Shown: positions 1 through 12,650, counted from the stretch's first letter. The stretch: 64,000 nt of DNA from Lytechinus pictus (GCF_037042905.1 NC_087251.1:21764001-21828000); one strand, 5' to 3'. A program made the numbers and translations. Notes: generated by a model from the letters alone, not told the origin.

Positions 1-79
1 AATCGCACGGGCACTGGCATTCGCAGTAGGTTTTGCTTGCAAGTGGAGCTTGATGTGGGAGAGCCAATCACGTCTCTTG

Positions 80-620
80 GGTTTACTGACGGATGGTCTA
101 TTATCACTTGGTCTAATCATCAGATGGGCTAACAACATTTGGGCTAAACCCACTTAGTCCAATTCTCTTTTGGTCTAATGACCACTTGGTCTAATAGCCA
201 ATTAGTCTAATGACCACTTGGTCTAATAGCCACTTGGTCTAATGACCACTTGGTCTAATAGCTACTTGGTCTAGTGCCCAGTTGGGCTAATCGTCACTTG
301 GTCTAATTTTCATTTGGTCTAATTGCCATTTCGTCTAATGTATTTTATTGTCACTTGGTCTAATTGCATTTGGTCTAATACCAGTTCGTCTAATAGTCGG
401 ATGGTCTAATACTAGTTGGTCTAATACCAGTTGGTCTAATCCCCACTTGGTCTATATTGCAGTTGGTCTAATGTGCAGTTGGTCTAATCCTCACTTGGTC
501 CATTATTCAGTTGGTCTAATGTGCAGTTGGTCTAATTTCCATTTCGGCCAATTTCCACTTGGTCTAATTTGCAGATAGTCTAACATTCATTTCGTCTACA
601 TGCCATTTGGTCTAATTTGT
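80..620 (+). repeat. Left foldback arm: tandem ~19-20 bp units with core TTGGTCTAA
   Basis: Recurrent ccacttggtctaat / cagttggtctaat units. Confidence 0.95.
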
Positions 621-937
621 AAAGTCTGCATGGTGACTTGTTTTCAATTTTCTGGTGAAATTTTTAAAGTTACTTTCCAAGCGCCAGCTTCGAATCTTCA
701 CACGCGCGCCCCTCGATATTGGAGGACAGTTAGAGTGACGTATATTTCGTCCCCAACTGAATTTTGAAAATATGGGGATTTATGAAAGCCTGTGGGGACG
801 AAAAAAATATGGGGATTAAACAAACTTTGTTTTTTTTTGTCTGTTTCAGGGGATTTTTTAAGGTTTTGGTGAAAAACAATCACATTTACTCTATGTATAC
901 GATCTACTGTAGATAGTTAACGCTGGCTTAACCCAAT

Positions 938-1339
938 TATGGTTCCCAACTTTTCAAGAAAACAAAAATCCCTGATTTATGTCTGATGAAGTTAAAAAAT
1001 TCACGAATTATTTAAATCCATTCCCAGTTTCTCATGTTTTCTAAGTTGTTGCAGTGAATTATATTAGTATTATTTTTTAGTTATGCATGTACGTCCAGTA
1101 GGCCTATACTTGTAGTAAAAGAGGCTACACTAAAAAAACACCATAACATGTCATTCAATGAATGCTGTTTTAATATACAACAAAATACAGTCAGACTGTC
1201 GTGACTGACTATCTTGCTTTCGACTTTTGGGCCGATCAAAATTCCCTGATTTTGCCCGGATTTGAGGCAATCCCTGACTGGAGAAACGTTTTAAAAAATC
1301 CCAGATTTCCTTGATTTCTCTGATGGGGTGGGAACCTTG
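938..1339. mobile_element. Degenerate hAT-like MITE nested in the foldback spacer
   Basis: Ends ggttcccaac ... gtgggaaccttg; repeated subterminal tccctga motifs; TSD not recoverable. Confidence 0.5.
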
Positions 1340-1650
1340 CAAATCCATTTTAAGGAGGAGGCAAAGAAGTAGAACAAAAAACAGAATGAGAAGATATATA
1401 GATGAATGACTACTGTGGTGATAACTGATAAAGGTCTGCAAGCGTAGACTATACTGTGTTATTACACGTCAGAATGATGTGGCTGCTACAAAGATGGTCG
1501 CAGATAGACCTGTATAGGGTTATCAAACTATATCTAACTGGTCTGTTATTTGCCTCCAAACTAACTACTGAAATAACAAAACAAAATATTCATAACAAAA
1601 TTAAATGATCTAATGGCTTTGTAGTTTTGGAATCCCCCAAACTGCATATA

Positions 1651-2628
1651 CAGTGCGTATCAAAAAAAAGTTTACACTTTGAAAAAGCCCTGGGAATTAA
1701 CAAATATACAACATGTGGGTAATTTTTTCACATACAATCTTGGGTTTGGGTCTTATCTATCCAATGAAAGTAAAAGTTTTGACAGAATGTTACACTTGAG
1801 AGAGCACTGTCCGTTTTTGTAAAGCTCGCAGAAATCTGTTTGCGCAGAAATGCTTGTTTTATCGCTGTGTCAAGGGGAGAGGGCGAAATCAAACTTACCC
1901 TGCACAACATTTCTCATACATTTCCCTTGCACTTTTAGTCAACTGAAATAAAACGGATACATTCAAGCATTTTGTAATAATTTTGCCACCCAAATTGACA
2001 TTTCAACACTTAGTAAGCACAACCTTCACCCTTTTTGTGCCAGGTAGATCTGAGGACATAACTGAATCTGAACAAAAGTTTATATCAGACATCTCCAGCA
2101 TTTTTTCACTATATTTTTATCATTTAAAGTGGGTTTACATTTCATTTTTCATTTAATGCTTGTTTCTCCACGCTTTTTTCAAGCTTGACAATGATTAACA
2201 AAATGAAAATCAAGCCTAAGCCATTTCATGTAAATCACTGCTCAGTGTAAAGCAAATATCGTCACGATGGCCTCGGTGTGTGGGGGAGTGGGGTGGGGCG
2301 CAGTGCACTCTTCAAAGTGTTTTGGGCAAGGAAACAAGTTAAAAAAGGTAAAAGATATCTTCAAATAAATTTTACTAGCTAAATTCCATGTGTTCTTCAT
2401 GATTATGGTCTACTTTTATTCGCATTAACTATTTCAAAGTTCCGAGCAAATCATTTTTCACTAACTTTTCAAAAGTAAGTGGTGCTCACTCAAGCGGAAA
2501 TATTTTTCGACAGTTATATCATAATTTTCTTAAATGGATCTGTACTAATGTTAAAATGTGGAAAAATTTTCAGGATATGACAATTGTATGATTTTACAGG
2601 ATTTTTTCTAAGTGTAAACTTTTTTTTG
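1651..2628 (+). mobile_element. Tc1/mariner-like MITE family A, copy 1 (right TIR truncated)
   Basis: TA|cagtgcgtatcaaaaaaaagtttacact at the left and agtgtaaactttttttt g at the right, lacking the terminal atacgcactg. It is the reverse complement of 21599-22582 along its length. Confidence 0.9.
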
Positions 2629-3112
2629 GCCATCAAGTTCAAGTATCATCCGTAATGGTGCATCACGATGATTTAAACATAAACATGTTTACCAAATACG
2701 TATCCACACAATCAGTTACATTATATTTTCGTTCCTTTCTTCATAATAATTTTATTCTGATGAAACCCCGCCATTGGACTATTATAAGGTCCCCAACTTA
2801 TTGTTCTGTAATTGTGCACGTGGTGATGTAATGATTGAGTATGATATAATTTTCATCATCATCTTATAATCGATATACAGGCCTAATTATAAGAATTATT
2901 TGGTAAGAATAATTCATTTGATGAGCGACTATCGATCTCGTCATCGATAGTCCTTCACGTTGAGTTTTTGCGCCCACCAGCCCTACCCCGGCTCTACACC
3001 TCCGGATCCTGGTGATATGTATTAACTGATGCATGGTATTTATCCATTACGCACCATATTTGCTAATTCTAGATAAAATAAATAACAATGAATGATGCTA
3101 TATTATAATAAA

Positions 3113-3694
3113 TGGACATTAGACCAAGTGTGAATTAGACCAAATGAAAATTAGACCAAGTGACGATTAGCCCAACTGGTCATTAGACCAATTGGCGATT
3201 AGACCAAGTGGTCATTAGACCATTTGGCTATTATACCAAGTGGTCATTAGACCAATTGGATATTAGACCAAGTGGAAATTAGACTAAGTGGAAATTAGAC
3301 CAAGTGGAAATTAGACCAAACGGTCATTAGACCATGTGGCAATTAGACAAAATGATAATTAGACCAAGTGGAAATTAGCCAAAGTGGAAATTAGACCAAG
3401 TGGTGTTAGACCAACTGGAAATTAGACTAAATGGTTTTAGCCCAACTGCTTATTAGACAAACTGGATATTAGACCAAGTGGGAATTAGACGAATTGGATA
3501 TTAGACCAAGTGGAAATTAGCCCAACTGGTTATTAGCCCAAATGGAAATTAGACGAATTGGATATTAGACCAAGTGGGAATTAGACGAATTGGGTATTAG
3601 ACGAACTGGTTGTAGACGAAATGAGTTTAGACTATGTGAAGTTTGACGAACTGATAAGTAGACCATGTGATATTAGACCATCCGATAATTCACC
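3113..3694 (-). repeat. Right foldback arm: tandem ~19-20 bp units (ATTAGACCAAGTGG)
   Basis: Reverse complement of the left-arm unit. Confidence 0.95.
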
Positions 3695-4189
3695 GTCTCT
3701 TGTACCGTCATACACGTCATCATATTTCGGAGAGGCATTTTAGCGCTTTTCTAATTGGCGATTTCCACCTTGTGTATTATTTTCGTTATTTTCAAATGAC
3801 CTAATAATAATCCCCACATCATTAACTTCCATTGATATATAATAAGGCCATATGTTTGAATCAATATATTTCTCCTTTAAGTTTGACTAATGGTGGGGAG
3901 CCTAGCCTTGAGGACTACGTGATGATGTTTAAAACTAATTTTTACATTTTTATTTCATCATTGAGCCTTGACATGGGAATAATGAATAATTATTATTATC
4001 ATAATAATTATTTATGATCACGTATTAAATTTAGTATTTGTTAAATAATAATTTTTATCTATAAATTGTTCTTCAAAACGGCATTTTGTAACATCGCTAA
4101 TCGAAGGTACGTCATAACAAAGTGGTTCAAGGGTCAGACCTATTGTATTTGCTTTGTTAACAAACGGATCGAGGGATCTACAGGAGATC

Positions 4190-4625
4190 GGTCTGGTAAG
4201 AAACCTTCAATTTTTCGCCTTTTCATTAACCAATTTTGGAAACCTTCATACGCATTAGGTGTATGAAGGTGTTAAAATAAATTAAAAAAAAACATTTACG
4301 TGATTTTTATCTTAACAGATGGATTTCCTCGGGAAATCCATCTTTGTTTACAAGTGTCTCTTATACATATATGGCAGGCTGTTCAAGGCTCCATGATGAA
4401 GAAGTATATGTCAAAATATTAAAAAATATCATCATGAAGTCCTCAAGGCTAGTGTAGAGACAGGTAAACAAAGATGGATTTTCCTAGGAAATCCATCTTT
4501 ATCACAATAATTTTTAGGAAAAAATGTCATTTTATTACTATTTAAACCTCTATATTCTAAATGTGCATAAAGGCTTAAAATTCAGAAATGGAAAAATTCG
4601 AAATTTTCTTACCAGAAGGATCACT
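4190..4625. repeat. Old imperfect palindrome with a short hairpin in each arm (probable MITE relic)
   Basis: tctggtaagaaa (~4192) and tttcttaccaga (~4605) are inverted. agatggatttcctcgggaaatccatct (~4317) and agatggattttcctaggaaatccatct (~4472) are hairpins. tctttgtttac and gtaaacaaaga are inverted. Confidence 0.6.
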
Positions 4626-6219
4626 TGCTTGCAATTCCCACACTGTCTAACACAATGAAATGACCTTTGACTCGATATTCGATGACATACGTATGCAGGT
4701 AAATACGGACAGAATTGATGCGCATGTTTAGCTGATTGTGCTAGTACAAGATTCTACGCTGACGTACTGTATACATGTAGGTTTGGATGTTCTAATGTCA
4801 ATGACGTGGTTTAGAGTGCTAATTGGTGTTAATGTAGTTTTGCATTAATGGATCTGGCAATGCTAGGTTACTAATTTCACCTCAAATTTTTTTAAAAAAC
4901 TTGAAAGATATCTCTCTAATCAATCCTTACCTGAATTTAAGCCACATCAGGCATCAGGAACGGCTGTATTTCAGCTTCGATCTTGATGTCATAGTTCGAA
5001 TTCTCATTCAGAAATACATTGCGGCACTTTGCTATCGCCGTCGTTTCGATATCAAATGAAATTAGCGACCATAAGATCTGCCGGGTGGCAGCTCACCCGT
5101 GCATTTGCAAGATCTTGTTTGCTAATTTCATTCAATATCAAAACTACGGCGATAACTCCACCAGAGTGCATCCAATTGAGATCCTATTGCAAGAAGCAAA
5201 AGGAGTCGTGCACTAAGGAAAAGACAACAAGGTCATCACAGCCATAACCACTTTTAGGTAACACCCCCTATAGCATTAACCAGTGAGTGTACTTTAGATC
5301 TATGAAAAGGGGAGGTTAGGACCTTGAAAGAATGTTGGGGACCCCCACATAGTTAATTACAAATGCATAGTTTCGTGACATCAGGTGCATATTACTATAA
5401 GAATAAAAGATGTTTATCCATTCTTGATGCATTAGAGTAATTCCTTAATTCAGCAGAGTAATAATTTTAACAAAGTAATGACACATGATGTCCATGGATA
5501 GCTCTTCTCTTTGCTTTTGATACAATCCAAACTAAACAAACCTTTCCTCAACTGAACTCTACATAAAGAGTAACTGGCATAGCACCCTCTTTAGCCAAGT
5601 ACATGAACAATGATATTATACCATAACTGTAGATTACTGTAGATAACTGTAGATTAATCCGGCTAAAGGAGGCAAATCTGGTACTACTACAAATACGAGT
5701 CTCAATGGCTGAGGGTGTCCATTACAAAAATGCCATTTAAATGTGGAATGTAAGAAAGATGAGAGTATTCATGAGCCAATCAGAGGCTTTAGTTTTTAAA
5801 GTTATCTATATAAAACATTCAACTGACAATTTTGTTGAATTTCTTGAACCTTTCCAGTGATTTCCAGTTGAATTAAGCTTGCCTACTGTCTTCTGTTTGA
5901 TTAAATCTACAAACTTATGATATAACCTTGTCCTCAGTAAGTACTTCTATTTAAAAGAGATTGTGAGTTCCTTTTTCTTTTCTTTCACCAGTAGAGGACC
6001 TTGTCTATTTGCAACAATAAAAAATAAGATTTTGTTGCATGTTCTGTTTTTACAAAACATGGATGATGTAATAAGTAAAATAAAGACAAAGTTGGATCTC
6101 ACTTCTTGCATGATTTGAGATACAAAGAATTATGAAAGCTTGTTACCAACTAGAATATTTGAGTTCTTCAGGTTTATTTTTTTGCTTTTTTTGTAATCTT
6201 CAGGTGGAAATTGGACAAG

Positions 6220-6292
6220 ATGGAAGTCATCAATGGTATTATTTTCTTTATTATGATTGGAACGTCCTTCTTAGTACTGTTTGGGAATAAAG
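6220..6292 (+). CDS. First coding exon of a secreted or membrane CCP/Sushi protein: signal peptide MEVINGIIFFIMIGTSFLVLFGNK(G)
   Basis: Pyrimidine tract and cag acceptor at 6203/6204; aagATGg start; hydrophobic 24-codon stretch; AAG|gtaaga phase-1 donor, in frame with exon 7054-7251. It is absent from the ORF track because it is short. Confidence 0.82.
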
Positions 6293-7053
6293 GTAAGATG
6301 AATTGACATTTTATAAATGTAATCATGTAAGAGTACTCTCAACCTGAAAATGAATTTTCATTGAATAAAATACATACATGTACATGAACATGTAAGATCA
6401 TTTGAAGTTAAGAATGAATATTTATAGTTAAATCAATTAATGTTCACTTTTGGCATTTTCTAGGCCTTCTTCACTTGTGTGAATATTGGAATATATTTAT
6501 GAAATAAATTCATTGTTTTCACACATGCATGCAAATGTAATAATGAATTAAGTTACGTACAGGTTTAATTCAGCAGACAAATGTTTTGGTTTATCTTTTG
6601 TGATTTATGTGAATGGGAATAATGTTCAGTGAAAATCTATTTTTTTAGCAGCTCCAGTCTGCTTAAAAAGGTGCAAGAATATGAAATAAGTTATACTTGG
6701 GATAGTGTCACATGTCTTGATTATGTAATTATGGACTCCTGAAATGTAGTGATATATGCTAAATGTACAGGGAATTATACATTTTTGACTGATGTTGATT
6801 GTGTAATTTTGCAGCAAGGTACAGCTAAAGTAATGTTTAAGTGTAGTCTATTTGACCTGAATGTAAAGCAAACAAATTGTGTTTTAGTAATCACCTGACT
6901 CCCTCAACTGACCCCTTCATATCTTTTTCAAGGGAAATGGCTGCAGGCACAGTATTGGTTTTGAACACTGGTTGCTGAATTGCAAGACCTCTGCCCTTAG
7001 AATGGGGCACCCTGCTCCTCATCAAATTAACATTTTTCCATTTCCTGCTTCAG

Positions 7054-7251
7054 GTGTTTTTGGCTGTGATGATCCAGGCACTCCTGCTAACGGAGTTCGG
7101 GATCCGCCAGAGAGCGGCGAACTCGTCCCCTTCCCTCCAAAAACTGTAATGCGTTTCAGCTGCAGTGATGGCTACCTCTTGGATGGACCTCCAAAGATCA
7201 TCTGCACCAAGGAGAACAAATGGCTACCAGCTGATAGACCAGCATGTATAG
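7054..7251 (+). CDS. CCP/Sushi (SCR) domain exon, phase 1-1
   Basis: ttcctgcttcag| acceptor and G|gtaagt donor, 198 nt. It encodes VFGCDDPGTPANGVRDPPESGELVPFPPKTVMRFSCSDGYLLDGPPKIICTKENKWLPADRPACI, with the four Cys, Trp and FxCxxGYxLxG of the CCP consensus. Confidence 0.95.
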
Positions 7252-8025
7252 GTAAGTAAGGCTACCATCACAGACCTTTGTGATTATTATGTGGTATACG
7301 CAGCCATCAGGGAAGTCGAGCTGGAACCATTTTGTCTCATCATTCACTCAACTCTCACGAATTGTAGACGACATGCTGCAATTACCTATTATGCATGGCA
7401 GCAACAGAAACATGCTGCTTGCACATTACCCGTGTGCATCACTCTTGCATGTAATATGCATATTCAATCCCACATAATGTATAATTTTTAGATAAGCATG
7501 ATTTGAATTTAGAATCAGTAGAGCTAGAGGTCATTATGAAGCTCTGTACATGTCCTCAATTAAATCTTAAGATTGAGTGTGAATTCTTTGATGGGAAATT
7601 CACATGTTTGACGACACCTGGGCGGTCCTTAAATTTACTTTGATATTGTGGAGTGTGTGAGGGCGTGGTTCAAGTGAGTTCATAGGTACTTGATATTTCT
7701 CAGTTTACTAGTCACACTGATATGTTTCAGGTGACGTCATGGGCCTGAAGTCTTGGTGATGACCTCATGGTTTCTACATCTATTAAAAGTACTGTCCTCT
7801 TTATGGTATGACTTTGGGCATTGTTTCATGAAGTTTGTCTTCAGTGACAAGTTAACATTCACTGGTAGTTACTGGGCTTCCAAACCAATCAAAACCAAGA
7901 ATTTTTCTGATGATATCATGTCAATTAATGACATATTTCCACTGACAACACAATTCATGATATGCTACCCACTGACAACAAAATCAATGACATGCTTCTG
8001 CCTAGGTATAAAGGAAATTCAAACC

Positions 8026-8980
8026 TTTTTGTTTCACCAACATAGCAGAGCGAAACTATAGGCGCGCTTTTCCAACGGCGGGGTCGTCAACATTGAAATC
8101 TTAACCAAAGGTTGTTTTTGAAATGTCATCATAACTTCGAAAGTATATGGACCTAGTTCATGAAACTTGGACATAAGGGGAATCAACATAAAAATCTTAA
8201 CCTAAGGCTAAGTTTTTGAAATGTCATCATATCTTCGAAAGTATATGGACCTAGTTCATGAAACTTAGAGGCCGTTCTTATTAGGCTTTCTAAAACTAGT
8301 TTACTGGAAACTAGTTTGGAAGATCGCTTTGATAGCGTTCCCACTTGATCACACGAAAGTGGTTTTCTAAATCACTTCACGTAAAGCGCTCTTGTTGCTA
8401 TGGAAACGCTCTCAGTGGGGTGACACGCTTCGCGCGAAATTCGAAACCGCAGCATAGGCATTCTACACCTGTCGTGTAAAGTAGCGCGCTCAAAATGTGC
8501 GAAGATCGCTTCCCGAAAAACGGTTGTGTCCTCACTCACGCTAAAACCAGTTTAACGAGGCAAAGCGATCTTGAAAACTACATCGCGAGGTGGTTTTCCA
8601 AACTGGTTTGGAAGATCGCTTCCAAGATCACTTCGACCGTTCTCACTACGTGTTAAACTAGTTTCCAGTAAACTAGTTTCAGGAATGTAGTGAGAACAGC
8701 CTCTTAGACATAAGTGTTGTCTTGCACTTAACATCCTTCATGAGTTTCAGGTCGTATGACCAAGGCCAAAGGTCATTTTGGGTCAATAAACTTTGGCCAT
8801 CTTGGGTGTATTTATTGAGTTGCCATCATACATGTAACTTTGAAAGGTTATCTATAGTTCATGAAATGTGGACATAGGGGTAATCAAGTATCACTGATCA
8901 TCTGATCTTGCACAAGTCTTAGGTCACATGATCAAGGTCAAATGTCATTTAGGGTCAATGAACATAGTATCATATGAATG
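8026..8980 (+). mobile_element. HINE/Helentron-like (Tsp/Pearl-type) element with internal core repeats, interrupted by a MITE
   Basis: Starts in a T-run (ttttgtttcacc...gcgaaactatagg). Units tcataacttcgaaagtatatggacctagttcatgaaacttggacataag and aaggtca motifs are repeated. The 3' end is unclear. Confidence 0.6.
8268..8703 (+). mobile_element. PIF/Harbinger-like MITE family B, copy 1
   Basis: TIR gaggccgttct / agaacagcctc; TTA TSD at 8265-8267 and 8704-8706; near-identical to 43049-43511. Confidence 0.9.
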
Positions 8981-10183
8981 AATTTTGTCGTCGAGGTCAG
9001 ATTTCTTTGTTGACATTTTGGATAAAATTTAATTCCCATGGTGACAATTGTAGACAAAGCAATGGTCGGGAAATAATTGATATTCAAAGCGAGTGATGCT
9101 TATTATGCAAGAAGACTTTAATAGTGATAATATCACTACAGTCTTATTGTGTAGGGTGGCGAAAGATGAAAGCAGCTGATTTTGTTATCTCATTTGAATG
9201 ATTTTGATTTCCAATGACTCAATCATGATGGGAGATTAATACCGTATCTATTTTATATTTATCGGATAGAATATTTTTAAAGACGCTAATCCATGTTCGA
9301 TTGGCACTATCTATGAATCATTCTAGGGCTCATTTTGTGACGTAAAACTAATTTCGTTTACATATTTTGCCGGTTATGCAACCCGATTGGCGAGTAACGG
9401 TTTGAATATCACTCAGCTGTTGCGTTCTTCTTGAGCTACGTTGTCTGTATACAGTACATGATTAGTTGATTAGTTTCCCCGAGTCAACTCAAAACACACG
9501 CTCGATAAATGCCATGCTCCGTGTGTACTTTGTGTATGTAGATCTGGGAACAATTCGGACTACCCCCGAATCTGTTGTACTTGTACACATCGTGGTGCAG
9601 TATTGTACTTGGATACAGTGAATTCAATCAATCATTTTATTCAGATCAGTTGCGCTCTCTGTAAATAGGCAAGCATTTTTGAAGTATTGTCAGTAAATAT
9701 TTTTTATTGTAACATTCTTTTTTTTTCTTCAAAATTTAGTACATTATTTTGTCGACAACGACAAAATCGTTGTTGATATGTCAGACTTTCTACAAATTGC
9801 TGTTAATTGACAAAACGCTTGTCAATGCCAGCACTACTTTATATATCATTTCTATAACCTCTAGCACAAGTCTTGATGGCATCTTTGCTACATCTCACTA
9901 ATAGAGCATTTTTCATTGGCTTGGCAATCTATCTCTAGACTCTTCAATGGCATACTGCATTCCTTTAGCCAAATCAACATGTTTTTACTATTACATTGAC
10001 TATGATCAGAACACAAATCCCATTTCAAAAACTTATTGTTTGCCATGTACATGCAGTACCATACATCCAATAAGGCCTATTAAGATTAAAGACGGTTTAA
10101 CACAAATTTTATGTACTATATTGCCATTTGATGATTTCTGTCTCCATGTAAATACAGTATTTCAGGTGTTGTTATGACTGCAG

Positions 10184-10403
10184 GGGGTGTTTCACAAAGA
10201 TTTGAGTATGACTTCAGTCGCACTTAAATGCCGATGCGTACATCATATGCAGTGCGCAATCTTATTGATCAATATGCAGTATTGCGCGTCCTCTTGGCAT
10301 GATCTGACCAAGATCTGACCAATGTGGTCATGCCTTTCATACTGCACGCAACTTGGAATTTAAGTGCGACTATAACTCATGCGTAACTCTTTGTGACACC
10401 CCC
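10184..10403. mobile_element. Palindromic Harbinger-like MITE
   Basis: ggggtgtttcacaaaga...gtcgcacttaaat pairs with atttaagtgcgac...tctttgtgacaccccc; flanked by CAG on both sides. Confidence 0.8.
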
Positions 10404-12249
10404 CAGAAAATTCAACTGTGATGATACATGTTGTCTCTAAAATTTATTTTGAGTGTTGTCTGTCAAGTATGTAGAAACAGTGAAAGAGTCCAGTGAATGT
10501 ACATGGATTTGTTTCTCATGTGGTTAAATTTGTGAAAAGTCAGTGTGTTATAAATAAGTCTTACCTTTACCTAAATCTAAATTCGTAACTGTTGTCTATT
10601 AAGCTCTCAACATCTATGATGACTTTATACAACATCGCATTCTTTGAAATCCTCTTGGAAAAAGTAAAAAACAGCTTGTTTTGCATTTATTTTTAGAAAG
10701 AGAGTTCAGATTGTAATTTTGCTTTTATTTGGAATTCAAACAATTTGTGAAATATCTGAAGATATTATTGAACGTTCTACACCTCCAGACTTGAATTATG
10801 GAACCAAGCTTCATTGGGTCCATGTTCCATTTTGAAAGGCTGCCATCTATTGGCAGTCTGCTTCATAGCTCAACTTTAAATGCTGTATTCTTAGCCATCC
10901 GAGCCATGTATGGGTGATTAAGAAGAATGGTGTCTTTTTATTTCTTTTTGACTTTGAGAAGTCTAATTATCACAGTTCTAATTCAGGTATTGGATTTTAC
11001 AGGAAGGGGTAGGCTCTACAACCTGCTCGGACTTGATGTGCTACAGGAGCAAACTCGGCCCTTGCAGTGGTCAGTTTGCCAGTCATTATTAGAAATATTT
11101 GTTCAGATTGTTCAGAGAAATGGTCCTTGTGTGCACTTATGTGGTCTCTAGTGTTGTAGTCAATTATGAAGAATCGAAACCATATTTTACATGGCAGTGA
11201 AATTGAAATATTTACATTTTTATGCAATGAAATACATTTGAAACTTTGTAACTTACCTGTATAATACCACTAAAGTTTTGAGCACCTGTCTAAAACAAGT
11301 TGTAAGAAGTAAAGATTAACGTTTGTCATTTTTTGCTTTGGCAAGAGTGGCAAAATCACACATTTTGTTATCATGTAGAAAATGTGCTAATGAAGAGACC
11401 AAAGTTGGGTTGAATGTGCAAAAAATTGTCACTTTACCATGATACAATGCGATATTGCTTTGAGTTTTAAAACATGTACATTGAAATTAGCATTCATGTA
11501 GTGAATACTAATAAAAAGAACATGAATCAAGGGAAAATTACAAAAGGAGAAACATTTTCCTTGTTTAACTGATAAACTTGATCTGAATTACCATTCTGAT
11601 GTATGATGTTAGTCTTCATAAGATTTATATATCTATCACAGCCTGTATAACGTTTTAGAAGTAATCTTTGAGGTATATGAATAAAACAGAAAATAACTTT
11701 TCTGTGATATTTTACCCCAGTCACTTAATGCTCTGTGCCTCTGAGCAATTATACTTTGAAATATTTCTGTCATATAATTTGGGAAACATTTGATACCGTT
11801 GTTTAGAGAAATGTTTAATAATACCAACCATCCTAATCCTTGTGTGACATATATGTGTCACTGGCACCATAGTAATAAAGGTTGAATGATTTTTTTATTT
11901 GATTATAGTACAGTTTTTTCTCTTTCATTAGACAAAGCCATGTTTAAGCATAGCAATTTATCAGCAGTGCATACTTAACATGTAATATGCACGTCATTGC
12001 GTGCATTAAGCCTATCTTTGATAGAAACAAAAATGAATGCAGATTGTCAGGGAAGGGATAATCAAATTAATTTTGAAGGAAGTAATTTTGTGGTGTATTT
12101 GATCATGGATGAAGGGAAAAAGAGCTGGTATTGGTCCAATGAATTAGACCAGTTTGGAAATGTTGCGGTAACTGGGTGGTTTCACAATTGGAAGAAAACA
12201 AATTAAATGGTATTTCTGGCAACGTGAATGGTGTGAGATCTATGGCGGG

Positions 12250-12650
12250 GACATTAGTTCATTAATAAAGAATAAACAAAGAATATAAAAAAGAACAATT
12301 TATAGAATAATAAAAACAAAGGATATGATTTTGTAAAAGATTTTGAAAAGGAAGAGGAAGATAAATATAAGAGAAGATGAAAGAAGAAAAAACAGGAACA
12401 GAAATTGAAGATAAGAAAGTAGAAAAGAAGTAAAGAAAGATGGAGAGGGATACATTGATAAAAATGAAGAGAAATGAAAGTAGTGATTTTCAGAAAAGTA
12501 GAATAGCATCAGAAAAGATGAAAGAATGAAAGCAAATTTTGTAAAGTAAAACAAAAGAAAACAGCAGAAACGAACCAAGAAAACAATGAACAATGTAAGA
12601 AAACGTAGAATTTGAGACAAATAGAGATATAAGAGAAGATAGTTAGATAA
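12250..12650 (+). repeat. Purine (GA/A)-rich low-complexity tract
   Basis: Dense gaa/aaag content, which generates the spurious F/L-rich minus-strand ORFs. Confidence 0.7.

Larger units (their letters stand above)
80..3694. mobile_element. Foldback-type non-autonomous DNA transposon with long tandem-repeat inverted arms (architecture like sea-urchin TU elements)
   Basis: Left terminus ggtttactgacggatggtctattatcacttggtcta matches the reverse complement of the right terminus, ggtgaattatcggatggtctaatatcacatggtcta. An exact flanking direct repeat gtctcttg lies at 72-79 and 3695-3702. No transposase ORF inside. Confidence 0.88.

Noticed and set aside
80..620. CRISPR-like array, or ORF 348-578
   Set aside because: Units are contiguous degenerate tandem repeats without unique spacers, there are no cas genes, and the context is eukaryotic. 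The ORF is translated repeat.
6972..7259. 95-aa single-exon ORF as listed in the track
   Set aside because: Only 7054-7251 is exon-like; the flanks are intron sequence (pyrimidine tract and GTAAG donor).
8980..9836. Possible hAT-like element ending gccagcacta
   Set aside because: CpG-richer with gacaa/ttgtc motifs, but no matching left TIR or TSD was found.
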